The notes below the pieces were generated by a model. It had not been told where the DNA came from. It worked only from the letters and a program-made list of their open reading frames with translations, and made no database searches. A program made the translations under genes and the position numbers. Below are positions 11,831 through 21,931 of a stretch of 53,618 nucleotides of DNA, piece by piece. Source of the stretch: Amoeboaphelidium occidentale (lineage: Eukaryota); NCBI GenBank assembly GCA_023515795.1, contig JALGPX010000088.1, forward strand, positions 1 through 53,618. The letters run 5' to 3'. Numbering within the stretch: position 1 is the stretch's first letter; each line of letters starts with the position of its first letter.

Positions 11831-12223
11831 TTAATTAACATTCTCTGACTTCTTAACCTTTTCTTGTATTAGTTTCAGCATATTGTTCGCTTCATCCTTT
11901 GATGGTAATTCCAAAATCATTTTTGAATATGGGAAATCAGATTGTGGTTTTATGCTGATGATAATGGTGGATTCCTTATTGTAATTGTAAAAGACAAAAG
12001 ATGGCTTTTCGTTCTGGTGATACAGATAGCCCTTCAGCACGATATTGGGGATGCCAGTTCCAACACGAATTCCGAGCCACCAATTATTCAGGAATTCCGG
12101 ATTACATTCTACGCTTTCAATAACTTCGAAAGGTATGCGAATATCGGTGAATTTAAAACAAAGTAGTCTGTCCCACGTGGAAAGGTTTACCGCGAAGGTG
12201 GAATCATTAATCTCGATTTTCAT
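11831..12223 (-). CDS. Small hypothetical protein resembling a bacterial PH-like family
   Basis: Intronless 130-aa ORF from ATG 12223 with IRIPFEVIESVE, GIRVGTGIPNIVLKG and PYSKMILE motifs. Confidence 0.6.
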   Translation of the reverse strand: MKIEINDSTFAVNLSTWDRLLCFKFTDIRIPFEVIESVECNPEFLNNWWLGIRVGTGIPNIVLKGYLYHQNEKPSFVFYNYNKESTIIISIKPQSDFPYSKMILELPSKDEANNMLKLIQEKVKKSENVN

Positions 12224-12254
12224 CGCCAAGTAACAAACACAAAAAAGATAAAGT

Positions 12255-15200
12255 TTATGAAACAAGGCTGCATTTGCAATTACATCCACTTACGGGACAA
12301 ACAGAATGACTCTTGAACCATTGTGATATATGCATTGAGTGACCACCATGTCTACAAGTTTGACACCAAGCGAACCAAGAATCAATTTTTGTTATGCTTT
12401 GACTTACGCCAGAAGTTCTTTCAGTGATTTCCATTCCTATTGGTAGTAGGCATATAGAACATTTAGGAAGTTGCTTCTTGCAAGATGGGCAAGCCATGTA
12501 TTTAATTCTTTGTGATACTTGATTGTGCACTCCAGGACCCGGTGAAGTTAGATTCGTTAGAGATTGTTGTGACATTATATTTCGAGTCAGGAGAGCTGTT
12601 CTACCGGAATCAACTGTGCCCATAACTGATGGTAAAACAATTTGATTTCCAGAAAGAGATTGATTACAGAAATTACAGCGAATAAATACTTGTGAAGTGA
12701 CACCGTATGCAATATTCAAAACTTGTTCAATGGCTGTCTGGCCATATTTTGGATTGCTTCTTGTGTTTGAAAAGTATTTTGAGAATTCAGATTGTAATAT
12801 CTGAGAATTGATTGCATCCTTGGAAAGTTTGGAATTTGCAAATTTCCTTCTTCTACCCATCTCAAACTTGCATCGTTCTTTGAATAATCTCCACTGGTTC
12901 ATCATTTGTTCATACACATGAACCCATTCTACTAAATTTGTTGCTGCCTTTTCTGTGCAGCCCTCTATTTCATGCTCATTCAATATTGAACATGTGCCGA
13001 CAAAACAAGGTTGTGGACAGCAGCTCATAATTATTGCGCAAGTTTGAATATCACCAGTTTTGTCCAAGTATGAACTTAAAAGTCTGGAGCATGCCGGAAA
13101 AGAGAATCCTGTGACAAGTATACCATTAAGATCGCCTTTGCGGATAAATTCTTCACAGAGGCCATGAAGAAAATGAACAAGCTCATCATCCTGTAGAAAC
13201 CGCACCGCTAGTGCAATTCGATCTTCCAGTGGTAGATCCTGTTCTTTCACTACTAATGAATGACTACCACCACTGCTCACAAACTTGAATATAGCTTTCA
13301 AGAAGGGCTGGGTTAAATTCATACTTAAGTTGCGGCAGACTTCAGTCCAAGTAGATAGATTTGCGGTAACAGGCGGCGGAAATCCCGTACTCAGAGCCGC
13401 TGCGATGAACTGGTATTTTTCGTCTAAATTGTTAGAAGAAGCTTCATGCATATTTACCTTTGCTTGCTTGTAAGATCCTAATTGCAGAAGTAACATTGCC
13501 AAATAGCAAAGCCCAAGCAGCAGCTCGATCAAATTCACGAGCTTCTTCAAATCGTTTTAGTGTTCTTCCGACAGGATCAAGAACTCTCCAATTATGTCCA
13601 CATAGCTCCAGAGCCAACGTTCTATAAGGATACATGCTCACAAATACGTCTTCAGATAATGCTGTCAAACGATCATAAGATGTTTGGAAATGACCATTGT
13701 AAACTGGATCGTTGTATTGTGAATAATTCAAATTAGAAGCACCTGAGCCAGGAATCATCGGAGTAAACGACGTTTGATGGTTTAAATTCGCTGTGTAAGC
13801 CATTGCAGCTGTAGTGAGTCCCGTATTCATAGATGAGTATTTGTCTTCGTTGAAAGCCTTTGGCGGAGAAGTTCTTGGCATTTTACGTTTAACAACCGAC
13901 GAGACCTTGGCAGCAGTATACGCACCCATGTATATGAGCTCCTTCAAGTCATTAATATGATCTCGAACATCAGACTCCCTAAAAAGGGTTTCGAATCTTG
14001 CAAGATGTTTCCACACATCAAACTTGGAAATTTCGTAGTTCAAGATGAGATCTAAGCCATATCCATGAATTGCCCTCTGTTTCATTATTTCTGAAATGTC
14101 ATCAACTGATTTAAAGCTAACAGAGCTGTCTTCGCTCATGACCAAAGAAGAACTCTTGTGATCCCATGCAATCTTTGCCGGTTCTTTGACATCAACAACA
14201 TTAAACAGACCACTTCTTGATGCAACAAGCATCTCAAACTTATTCTCATCAGAAGGAATCCATGCGAAGGAACTTAAGGTTGCATTAAATTCTTTTGATT
14301 GTCTCGATCTCCAAAGTAATGGCTGTGAGAATGGTTGTTGCTTGTTTGCATTTTTCAACTCAGACTGCTCCACCTCTGGTAGCGAATTAATATAAATGTC
14401 ATCTTCTATGTAAGTAATATCGTTAATGGAAGGTCCATTCTGAATATCAAAAACATGGAGCCTCTTACTTTCTTTGTATAAAGCAGCTAGCATTCCTGCT
14501 CGTTTGGAAGAGAATGATATTCTAACACAACCTGATTTGCCCTCATTCACAACAGGTCCCGAAATAGATAAAAGCGAGTCTGAATACTTTCTCATATCAA
14601 AAATGTTAATGATACCTTCATCGGAGAAAGATGCGAAACGGAACCTATTCAAAGGATCAACTTGAATACCATACACAGATCTCGTTCCTATTACAATCGC
14701 AGGCGATGACTCCTGCCTAATGTCATACCATCGCATCCACTTAAGACCCATTCCAGCACCGAGTAGATAAGGACAGGTTTTTAACCATGAAACACTGGTT
14801 ACAGCTTCAGAACTACCATACTGTCGTAGAGGCTGCGTGTATGGTTCAGACGCATTGGATTGTAATGACCCAGATATGTCCCACACAAATAATGAATGAT
14901 CATTTCGTACTTTATCAAGACCACATGAAAGAAGGTTTGAATGTGTCGAAGAAAACAGAGCTACATTGCATGCTCTTGAATACCGCGGAACGTACTCAGC
15001 CAAATATTTGGATTCCGCAGAAGCATTAAATACATTTGAACCAAGTAACGACTCGTTCTCATCGTTTAAGGCAGTCATCGAAGGTGATAACGTAGACGTG
15101 CGACCGTCTGAATCTGCCGAGCCTCCAAGTCTCGTTAAAACAGTTTTACCATTCGTCAACCCAACAGCAACAAGATCATCCACTTCCATTCCAGGATACC

Positions 15201-15411
15201 ATGAAAAGCATTTCATTAAAGATACATCCGAATTAACTGCGACCATTTTAAACGATTTTGAATCCTAAAGAAATGTGTTAAAGGTCAGCTAACTTCATCA
15301 ACGTACCTTGTCATAATCATAAAGGCGCAAATCATTAGAGCCAACCATAAACTGATCCTTTCCGCGAGGACTCCACAGAACACGTTTTGACTTTGGCGCA
15401 GAGGAGTTCAT
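12255..15411 (-). CDS. SEA4: GATOR2/SEACAT subunit Sea4/MIOS (3 exons)
   Basis: N-terminal WD40 region (GLDKVRNDHSLFVWD), YLDKTGDIQT, and C-terminal zinc ribbon/RING WFAWCQTCRHGGH. Introns 15306-15265 and 13457-13424. Confidence 0.92.
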
Positions 15412-15436
15412 CGTGCTTTACAGTTTCAAGTCAAGA

Positions 15437-16174
15437 ATGATCAGGGACGATCCAACGACAACGACGACGGCTAGCACTGGACGACCTTCTGCAGAGGAAC
15501 GCAAACGACTTTTAAAGGATGCAGAGCGTAAATTTGCTGAGCGGATGAAGAATTATCAGCCGACTCAGGAAGAGTTACAGATTCGACGTAAAGCGCAGAC
15601 TTATTCAAATGTATTGGGATTCGTTGGAGCCTTTGCTGGTTACTTTGTATATCGTCGAACAAAGAAAGTAGTTCCGACTGTTTTGGCTGGAATGTTTGGA
15701 AGTTCTTTGGGTGTCTCTTTGGGAATGGTTTTTGGTGTCAGGGAATTTCTAAAGTTGAAAGACAAGAGTCCTTTCTTAAGGGAATTGGAAAACATGAAGC
15801 GAATCTCAAAAGGAGAGGATCCCTTGGCTATTTCAGAAGACAATACTGAAGAGCTTGAGTCTAGACCTTTTAATGATTTTGTTCCTGATGACGTAGTTGA
15901 CAAGCAGGAAGATGAGAACTCTTCACGCTCTAATTCATCACAATTCACCCAGCCTAAGGTTCAACCAGCAAATTCTTATGGTAGCAGTTGGAATGGCATC
16001 AGAAAAGAATATCAGAATGAGAATGTTTCAAGCTGGCAAAAGTATCGCAATGGAAACGCTGCTCCAGTTAGAACTGACACAAAAGAAATTGGTAACGGAG
16101 ACATGGAAGATGATAACACACGAGAGGAGGACCCGTTCGCAATACCAAACCGTGACGATGATGACACCAATTAA
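15437..16174 (+). CDS. Two-TM membrane protein, OCIA-domain (OCIAD1/Asrij)-like
   Basis: YQPTQEELQI, two Gly-rich TM helices, EFLKLKDKSPFLREL, then a disordered tail with SW..IR motifs. Confidence 0.5.
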   Translation: MIRDDPTTTTTASTGRPSAEERKRLLKDAERKFAERMKNYQPTQEELQIRRKAQTYSNVLGFVGAFAGYFVYRRTKKVVPTVLAGMFGSSLGVSLGMVFGVREFLKLKDKSPFLRELENMKRISKGEDPLAISEDNTEELESRPFNDFVPDDVVDKQEDENSSRSNSSQFTQPKVQPANSYGSSWNGIRKEYQNENVSSWQKYRNGNAAPVRTDTKEIGNGDMEDDNTREEDPFAIPNRDDDDTN

Positions 16175-16431
16175 ATCGCTCTGTCTAGCGAGTTATGAAA
16201 ACGTTCACAATAAGACAATATCTGCTGATACATCTAAAGTGATCATGTTTCAGTTTTTCCTAACCCAATAAAACTGAAAACGTTCGTGGCTTACGAAAGC
16301 AAAGTTTATCGGTTGGTGCGCCAAGCCGAGGTGTGCTATTTATAAATACGTCGGAGGCTTCGTCATCATTCAAGACTCTTTTACCGAAATCACTTGACAC
16401 ATAAAATTTCAATACCGCTAATTGTATCAAA

Positions 16432-17187
16432 ATGTCTATTTCACGTATATCTGAGCAGTCCTTCCAGAGCTTTGTTGAAACACTTGCTGATGAGAACAAA
16501 TATGAAGGCCTAAAAGCAGCTGCACAAGAAAGTTACTCCAAAGAGATGCCACTCTACTGGGAACATTTCCAGAACTTTAAGAAGCAGTGTTATCTATCTT
16601 TATTGAAACATCTTATATCTAAGGGTGACGCTGCAGCTAAAATCCCCGTGTTTGGGCTACGCAAACCTGGTTTTACACCAATTAATGATATTCAGACTCT
16701 CAAGACTGAATTGGAAAAGCCAATGTCCAAAATATTCGTTTCTCAATTGGCATCAAAGATTCCGTCTACTTTGGCTGCAGCAGAATCGGAACGTGTGATA
16801 ATTCCGCTGAAAAGGATGTCTGCTGTGTACTACATCAAAATCTATGAGACCTTTGTTGCTAGTGGTTCACTCTACGAGTTGAATCTGAATGAAAAAGTTC
16901 GTAAGCAATGTCAAAAGGTTGTAGATGCTTTACATGTTCGTATTGATCAATTGGCAAAACAAGTTGGAACGTTGAGAGTATCAGGAGAAGCAATTCTTCC
17001 AAACACGTACTTGGTGTTCCATGATAATTTGGAGCTAATGAGTTTCGATGGAGATAACTTGTTCATATCGATCAATTTGTATGATGAAATTAAGGAGCAT
17101 ATTCTTTCGCTGTTGTATGATAACACCTTTTCCTTAATGGTTAGAAGTTTGTCGAAGCAATCTGGTCTGAATCTGTTGAGTAAATAG
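16432..17187 (+). CDS. RGS-domain protein
   Basis: FQSF...ESYSKEMPLYW, IYETFVASGSLYELNL and LYDEIKEHILSLLYDNTF are RGS-box hallmarks, here with insertions. Confidence 0.75.
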   Translation: MSISRISEQSFQSFVETLADENKYEGLKAAAQESYSKEMPLYWEHFQNFKKQCYLSLLKHLISKGDAAAKIPVFGLRKPGFTPINDIQTLKTELEKPMSKIFVSQLASKIPSTLAAAESERVIIPLKRMSAVYYIKIYETFVASGSLYELNLNEKVRKQCQKVVDALHVRIDQLAKQVGTLRVSGEAILPNTYLVFHDNLELMSFDGDNLFISINLYDEIKEHILSLLYDNTFSLMVRSLSKQSGLNLLSK

Positions 17188-17214
17188 TTTGTTGGATTAA
17201 TGATTTATTCCATT

Positions 17215-19154
17215 TTAATAAACTCTCTTCATAGGAGGAACCGGTTTGCATTCTTGTTCGTCAAGGGTAGTCATGGTAACATCGCGATAATCAATGGTGG
17301 TCTTGTTGCTCTTCTCGTCGAACCAAGTAAGAGTGTGCTTCATCCAGTTCTTGTCGTCTCTTTCTTTGAAATCATCTCTTGCATGAGCACCTCTGCTCTC
17401 CTTTCTGTTTGCAGCAGCATGCATAGTCTGCACTGCATTGTTGAGCAGATTCTGTAATTCCAAAGTTTCAACCAAATCTGTGTTCCAGATCAAACCTCTG
17501 TCGCTAACTTTAATATCAGCAAATTCCTTAGCAATGGCATCCATCTTCTTGACACCTTCCTGTAAAGTGTCTTCTCTTCTGAACACAGCTGCGTGACCCT
17601 GCATAGCCTTCTGCATCTTCAACCTTAGATCAGCAGTTGGAATTCTACCATTAGCGTAACGCAATTTGTCGAGTTGAGCAATAGATTCTTCTCCAGCATT
17701 TTCTTTGATTTCAGGTAAAGGTGTTCCTGGTTTCAAAGTTTCTGAGATGTGATGAGCACAAGCTCTTCCGAACACGACGATATCCAACAAGGAGTTTGCT
17801 CCCAATCTGTTTGCTCCGTGAACTGAGACACAAGCAGCCTCACCAGCAGCATAAAGACCCGGAACAATTTCATCTCTTCCATCCTTGCCCTTTCTCAAAA
17901 CTTCACCAGTGTACTTTGTTGGAATACCACCCATGTTGTAATGAACAGTCGGAATAACAGGAATAGGTTCCTTTGTAACATCAACACCAGCGAAAATAGC
18001 AGCAGTTTCAGAAATACCAGGCAAACGCTCTTGCAAAACTTTCTTTGGCAAGTGGCTTAGTTGCAAGTGAATGTGATCCTTCTCTGGACCTACTCCTCTT
18101 CCTTCCAAAATTTCAATGGTCATACTTCTTGAGACAACATCTCTTGAAGCCAAATCTTTTGCTGTTGGAGCATATCTTTCCATGAATCTTTCGCCCTTAG
18201 AGTTCAACAAGTAACCACCTAAAGTTTAAAATCGAAATTGATAGCAAGTAGAACCTTCACCGCGAGCACCTTCAGTAATCAAACAGCCGCTTCCATAAAC
18301 TCCAGATGGGTGAAACTGAACGAATTCCAAATCCTGCAATGGGAATCCAGCTCTTGCGACCATGGCATTACCGTCTCCGGTACAAGTGTGTGCAGAAGTA
18401 CAAGAAAAGTATGCTCTTCCGTAACCACCTGTCGCCAAAACTGTTTTATGGGCTCTGAACCTGTGAATAGATCCATCCTCCAAGTTTAACGCAATCACTC
18501 CTTTGCATTCGCCATTCTCCATCAATAAATCCAAGGCAAAGTATTCAATGAAATAGTTGCAGTTATGCCTTAGACTCTGACCATACAAAGTGTGAAGCAG
18601 AGCGTGACCAGTACGATCAGCGGCTGCAGCACAACGATAAGCTTGTCCACCTTTTCCGTAATGCAAACTTTGTCCACCAAACGCTCTCTGATAAATTTTA
18701 CCATCCTCAGTACGAGAGAATGGACAACCGTAGTGTTCCAATTCAATAACAGTATTCGGAGCCTCCTTGCACATGTAATGAATAGCATCTTGATCTCCCA
18801 ACCAGTCGCTACCTTTGACAGTGTCATACATGTGCCAACGCCAGTCATCTTCAGTCATATTGCCCAGAGCAGCGTTAATTCCCCCTTGTGCTGCGCTTGT
18901 ATGGGATCTTGTCGGGAATAGCTTGCTGATGCATGCTACATTAAATCCTCTCTCTGCCAGCCCAAAAGATGCTCTCAATCCAGCTCCACCGGCTCCAACA
19001 ACCAAAGCATCAAATTCATGGTCAACCACATTATAAGCAGCAGTCTACTATGTCAGGGCTATCGTTTAAAGCTTACTCCTGCATTTTTAGTGTTCAATAA
19101 TGGTCCTGTAGTAAGCCTACGAACTCCAAATTTACTCAACAATCCTTTAATCAT
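17215..19154 (-). CDS. SDH1: Succinate dehydrogenase flavoprotein subunit (3 exons)
   Basis: [28 protein letters not shown] and [12 protein letters not shown] motifs. Introns 19076-19045 (32 nt) and 18254-18219 (36 nt). Confidence 0.98.
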
Positions 19155-19223
19155 TTTTTGATTCAAAAAAAACTCTGATCGGCCGAATCGTTACGTCACA
19201 TTCACTTTTTGTTACACAAACGA

Positions 19224-19574
19224 ATGGCAAAAGTTAAGAAGAAAGTTGTACATCGTAAGTGCGATCATGGCGGACGTTGGGAGACTTGTGTTCCTTGTGG
19301 TGGGTCTCAAATCTGTGAGCATAAGAAGCGCCGCTCTCGTTGTAAGGAGTGCGGAGGCTCTGAGCTTTGTCGCCATGGCTCAAGGCATAATCAGTGTAGG
19401 CCATGTGGTGGTGCTTCTTGCTGTGCACATGGCAACTGGAAGCCAACTTGTAAACAATGTAAGGGCTCTGGTATTTGTGACCATAACAACGTTAAATGGA
19501 GATGCAAACTATGTCAATGCTTTCGAGCTGATTTTGCGTCTATTAGCGTTTCAGCGGATAGATCTTTCATGTAA
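19224..19574 (+). CDS. Small protein of five 18-aa CxH-x6-CxxC-xG zinc-binding repeats
   Basis: CDHGGRWETCVPCGGSQI / CEHKKRRSRCKECGGSEL / CRHGSRHNQCRPCGGASC / CAHGNWKPTCKQCKGSGI / CDHNNVKWRCKLC, preceded by a basic NLS-like N-terminus. Confidence 0.75.
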   Translation: MAKVKKKVVHRKCDHGGRWETCVPCGGSQICEHKKRRSRCKECGGSELCRHGSRHNQCRPCGGASCCAHGNWKPTCKQCKGSGICDHNNVKWRCKLCQCFRADFASISVSADRSFM

Positions 19575-19649
19575 TTTCAACCATGACGATACTTTAGAAA
19601 GAGGTATCAAGTCTTTTTAATGCACTTAAACATGCTGAAACCAGGAATA

Positions 19650-20190
19650 ACTTGAGGTGTAAGTTGAAACTTTAGAATAGCACGGAATCATGTAGTGAGA
19701 CGGACGCATGGACCTTTTTATTCGTGTATCTGAGCTTATCAGCATCGCCTTTCGCTAAAGCTCCAGGCTCGCAATTAAATAAACGAATAGTGATTCCTTC
19801 TAACAATCTGCTTTTCTTGGAAATCACGATGGCAGAAAACGGCAGCATTTTGCCTTTGGAANACTTGAGGTGTAAGTTGAAACTTTAGAATAGCACGGAA
19901 TCATGTAGTGAGACGGACGCATGGACCTTTTTATTCGTGAACTTATGCTTATCAGCATCGCCTAGAGCTGAAGCTCCAGGCTCGCAATAAGTTGAAACTT
20001 TAGAATAGCACGTCACCATGAACTGGGACGGATCCATGGTTAGTTTTATTCGTGTATCTGAGCTTATCAGCATCGCCTTTCGCTAAAGCTCCAGGCTCGC
20101 AATTAAATAAACCAATAGTGATTCCTTCTAACAATCTGCTTTTCTTGGAAATCACGATGGCAGAAAACGGCAGCATTTTGCCTTTGGAAT
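19650..20190. repeat. N-joined allelic duplicate of the LSM5 upstream region, containing a 115-nt tandem element
   Basis: 19650-19861 is repeated after N19862. The 115-nt unit occurs at 19660-19774, 19873-19987 and 19988-20102. Confidence 0.85.
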
Positions 20191-20510
20191 TATTAGACAA
20201 ATGTATTGGCTCACGGCTGTGGGTCATAATGAAGGATGAGAAGGAAGTTGCAGGAACGTTAACGGGATTTGACGATTTCGTAAGTAAGTTTTTATTAGAC
20301 TGCTTCCTAAACGCTCATGCTTTTAATTCTTAATGGAAAGATATGGTACTGGAGGACACTGTTGAATTGTAGATCATCCTATTTAAGCATTCTTACGTGT
20401 TTAGTGTAAGAAAAGATGGTAAACTGATCAAGAAACCTATCGGAGAAATGCTGTTAAATGGCAGCAATGTTTGCATGTTGGTTCCAGGTTCTGATGGCCC
20501 AACGGAGTAA
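20157..20510 (+). CDS. LSM5: U6 snRNA-associated Sm-like protein Lsm5 (3 exons)
   Basis: ILPLELLDKCIGSRLWVIMK...GFDDFVNMVLED...LLNGSNVCMLVPG after removing introns 20284-20340 and 20369-20404. Confidence 0.95.
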
Positions 20511-20538
20511 GAAAAGCTTTATAATAAAGAATGCATAT

Positions 20539-21856
20539 TTATTTATTAATGCCTTCCTCTTTAATGGCATTATACAAAAATAAGTTCCAGAAATCTGGTA
20601 TGCCAGGAAGGCACCAATGAAGACAGTCTTCAACAACATTCTTCCTGGTCTTGTACTCTATGTGCCCATCAGGCCTCAAGTTAGTGTTTGAAATATTCAA
20701 TACTTTAAAGAATGATAACCCCAATTCTGATGCTGTTTCATGCCATATAACCTCTGTCTGAATAGGAATCTGCCATCGGTAACGATCAATTCTTCGAGTA
20801 TATGATTGCTGCTGCGATAATATCTGAGATTTCTCAGGTTTATCACATCCATAGTGACCTGAGGATGAGGTCCGGTAATACACTGCTTTACCCTTAAAAT
20901 TATTTTTTAAATACTGAAGTACTGCTCGTACGGTAGCATCATACTTCTCAAAGTGTTTATCAATCTTATGCCAATGATGTCCAACGCTCATAATCATGTA
21001 GTCAATCTTTTCATTTTCTAAAATATTAGACCAAGTTTCATTCAGAAGTAGTGCATTTGTGTCCAATATGTCCGATTGTTTCAAGATCTCTTGAGCATTT
21101 ACGAGATACTTTGACCAAAGAAAACAAAATCTTGTGCCACTACTCAAAGTAAAGCATTCAGGCTGTAACGAAGTATTATGTACTTGATTACCAAGGAGAA
21201 AACGCAAAGAATTGTACTGTTGTCTCATTAAAGAATCTCCAACGAACAGAACAGTCTTGTCTCTAAGAAGCTGTCCAAAATTATCTGGATTGAAAGGCTC
21301 TAGAATACAAGAGTTCGGTATCCATTGATATTTAAGAATATCAAAACTTTTCTTTCTGCATGCTGTGTCGCCAGCAATATGACATCGCACCTGTTTTCCA
21401 GAATCGCAATCATCTTGATATGAGTACGCGTACTTAGATAGCTGCTCTGGTTCTGATACAGATTTATCGAAATGAAGTACTGGCAGCCATGAGCCATTTA
21501 AATAATCAAAAGTGTTCCCTTGAAACGAACACTTGGGTTTCAACTGTTCAGACGTGCTGTTAATGCAACTCAAGTGCCTAGAGCAATTGATCTGTTCATC
21601 ATTTCTAAAGGCAATCTGTTCCTTTGGTTGAAAATTCCTTCTGTGCTTTTGCCTGCTCATCCTGATATCGGAATCTCCAATATTGAGTGTTGTTTCAGGG
21701 ACGGTTTCAACTAAACTTTCTGGTTGATAACTCAGCCGGGCAAATATATAATAGACTAAATGTTATCAACATAATTGAATGGTTACAATTTAATTGTGAA
21801 TAAGCACTTAGCAGTATCAAAATTGCAATGAACAGAACGATTTTATGATCGCTCAT
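20539..21856 (-). CDS. TBL/PC-esterase (trichome birefringence-like) polysaccharide O-acetyltransferase, type II membrane protein
   Basis: YQWIPNSCIL, FVGDSLMRQQYNSL, RPDGH and DCLHWCLPGIPDFWN motifs. A 31-nt intron (21786-21756) adds the N-terminal anchor MSDHKIVLFIAILILLSAY in frame. Confidence 0.88.
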
Positions 21857-21931
21857 TGAGAGCGTTTGTTTACGGAAATACAAATAATCTGGGATAATGG
21901 GCCCATACCAAAAAAATGAGTCCTAAAGGTT

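Noticed and set aside
19660..20102. CRISPR-like repeat-spacer array
   Set aside because: Only 2-3 units, variable parts of 1-7 nt, no cas genes, and a eukaryotic context.
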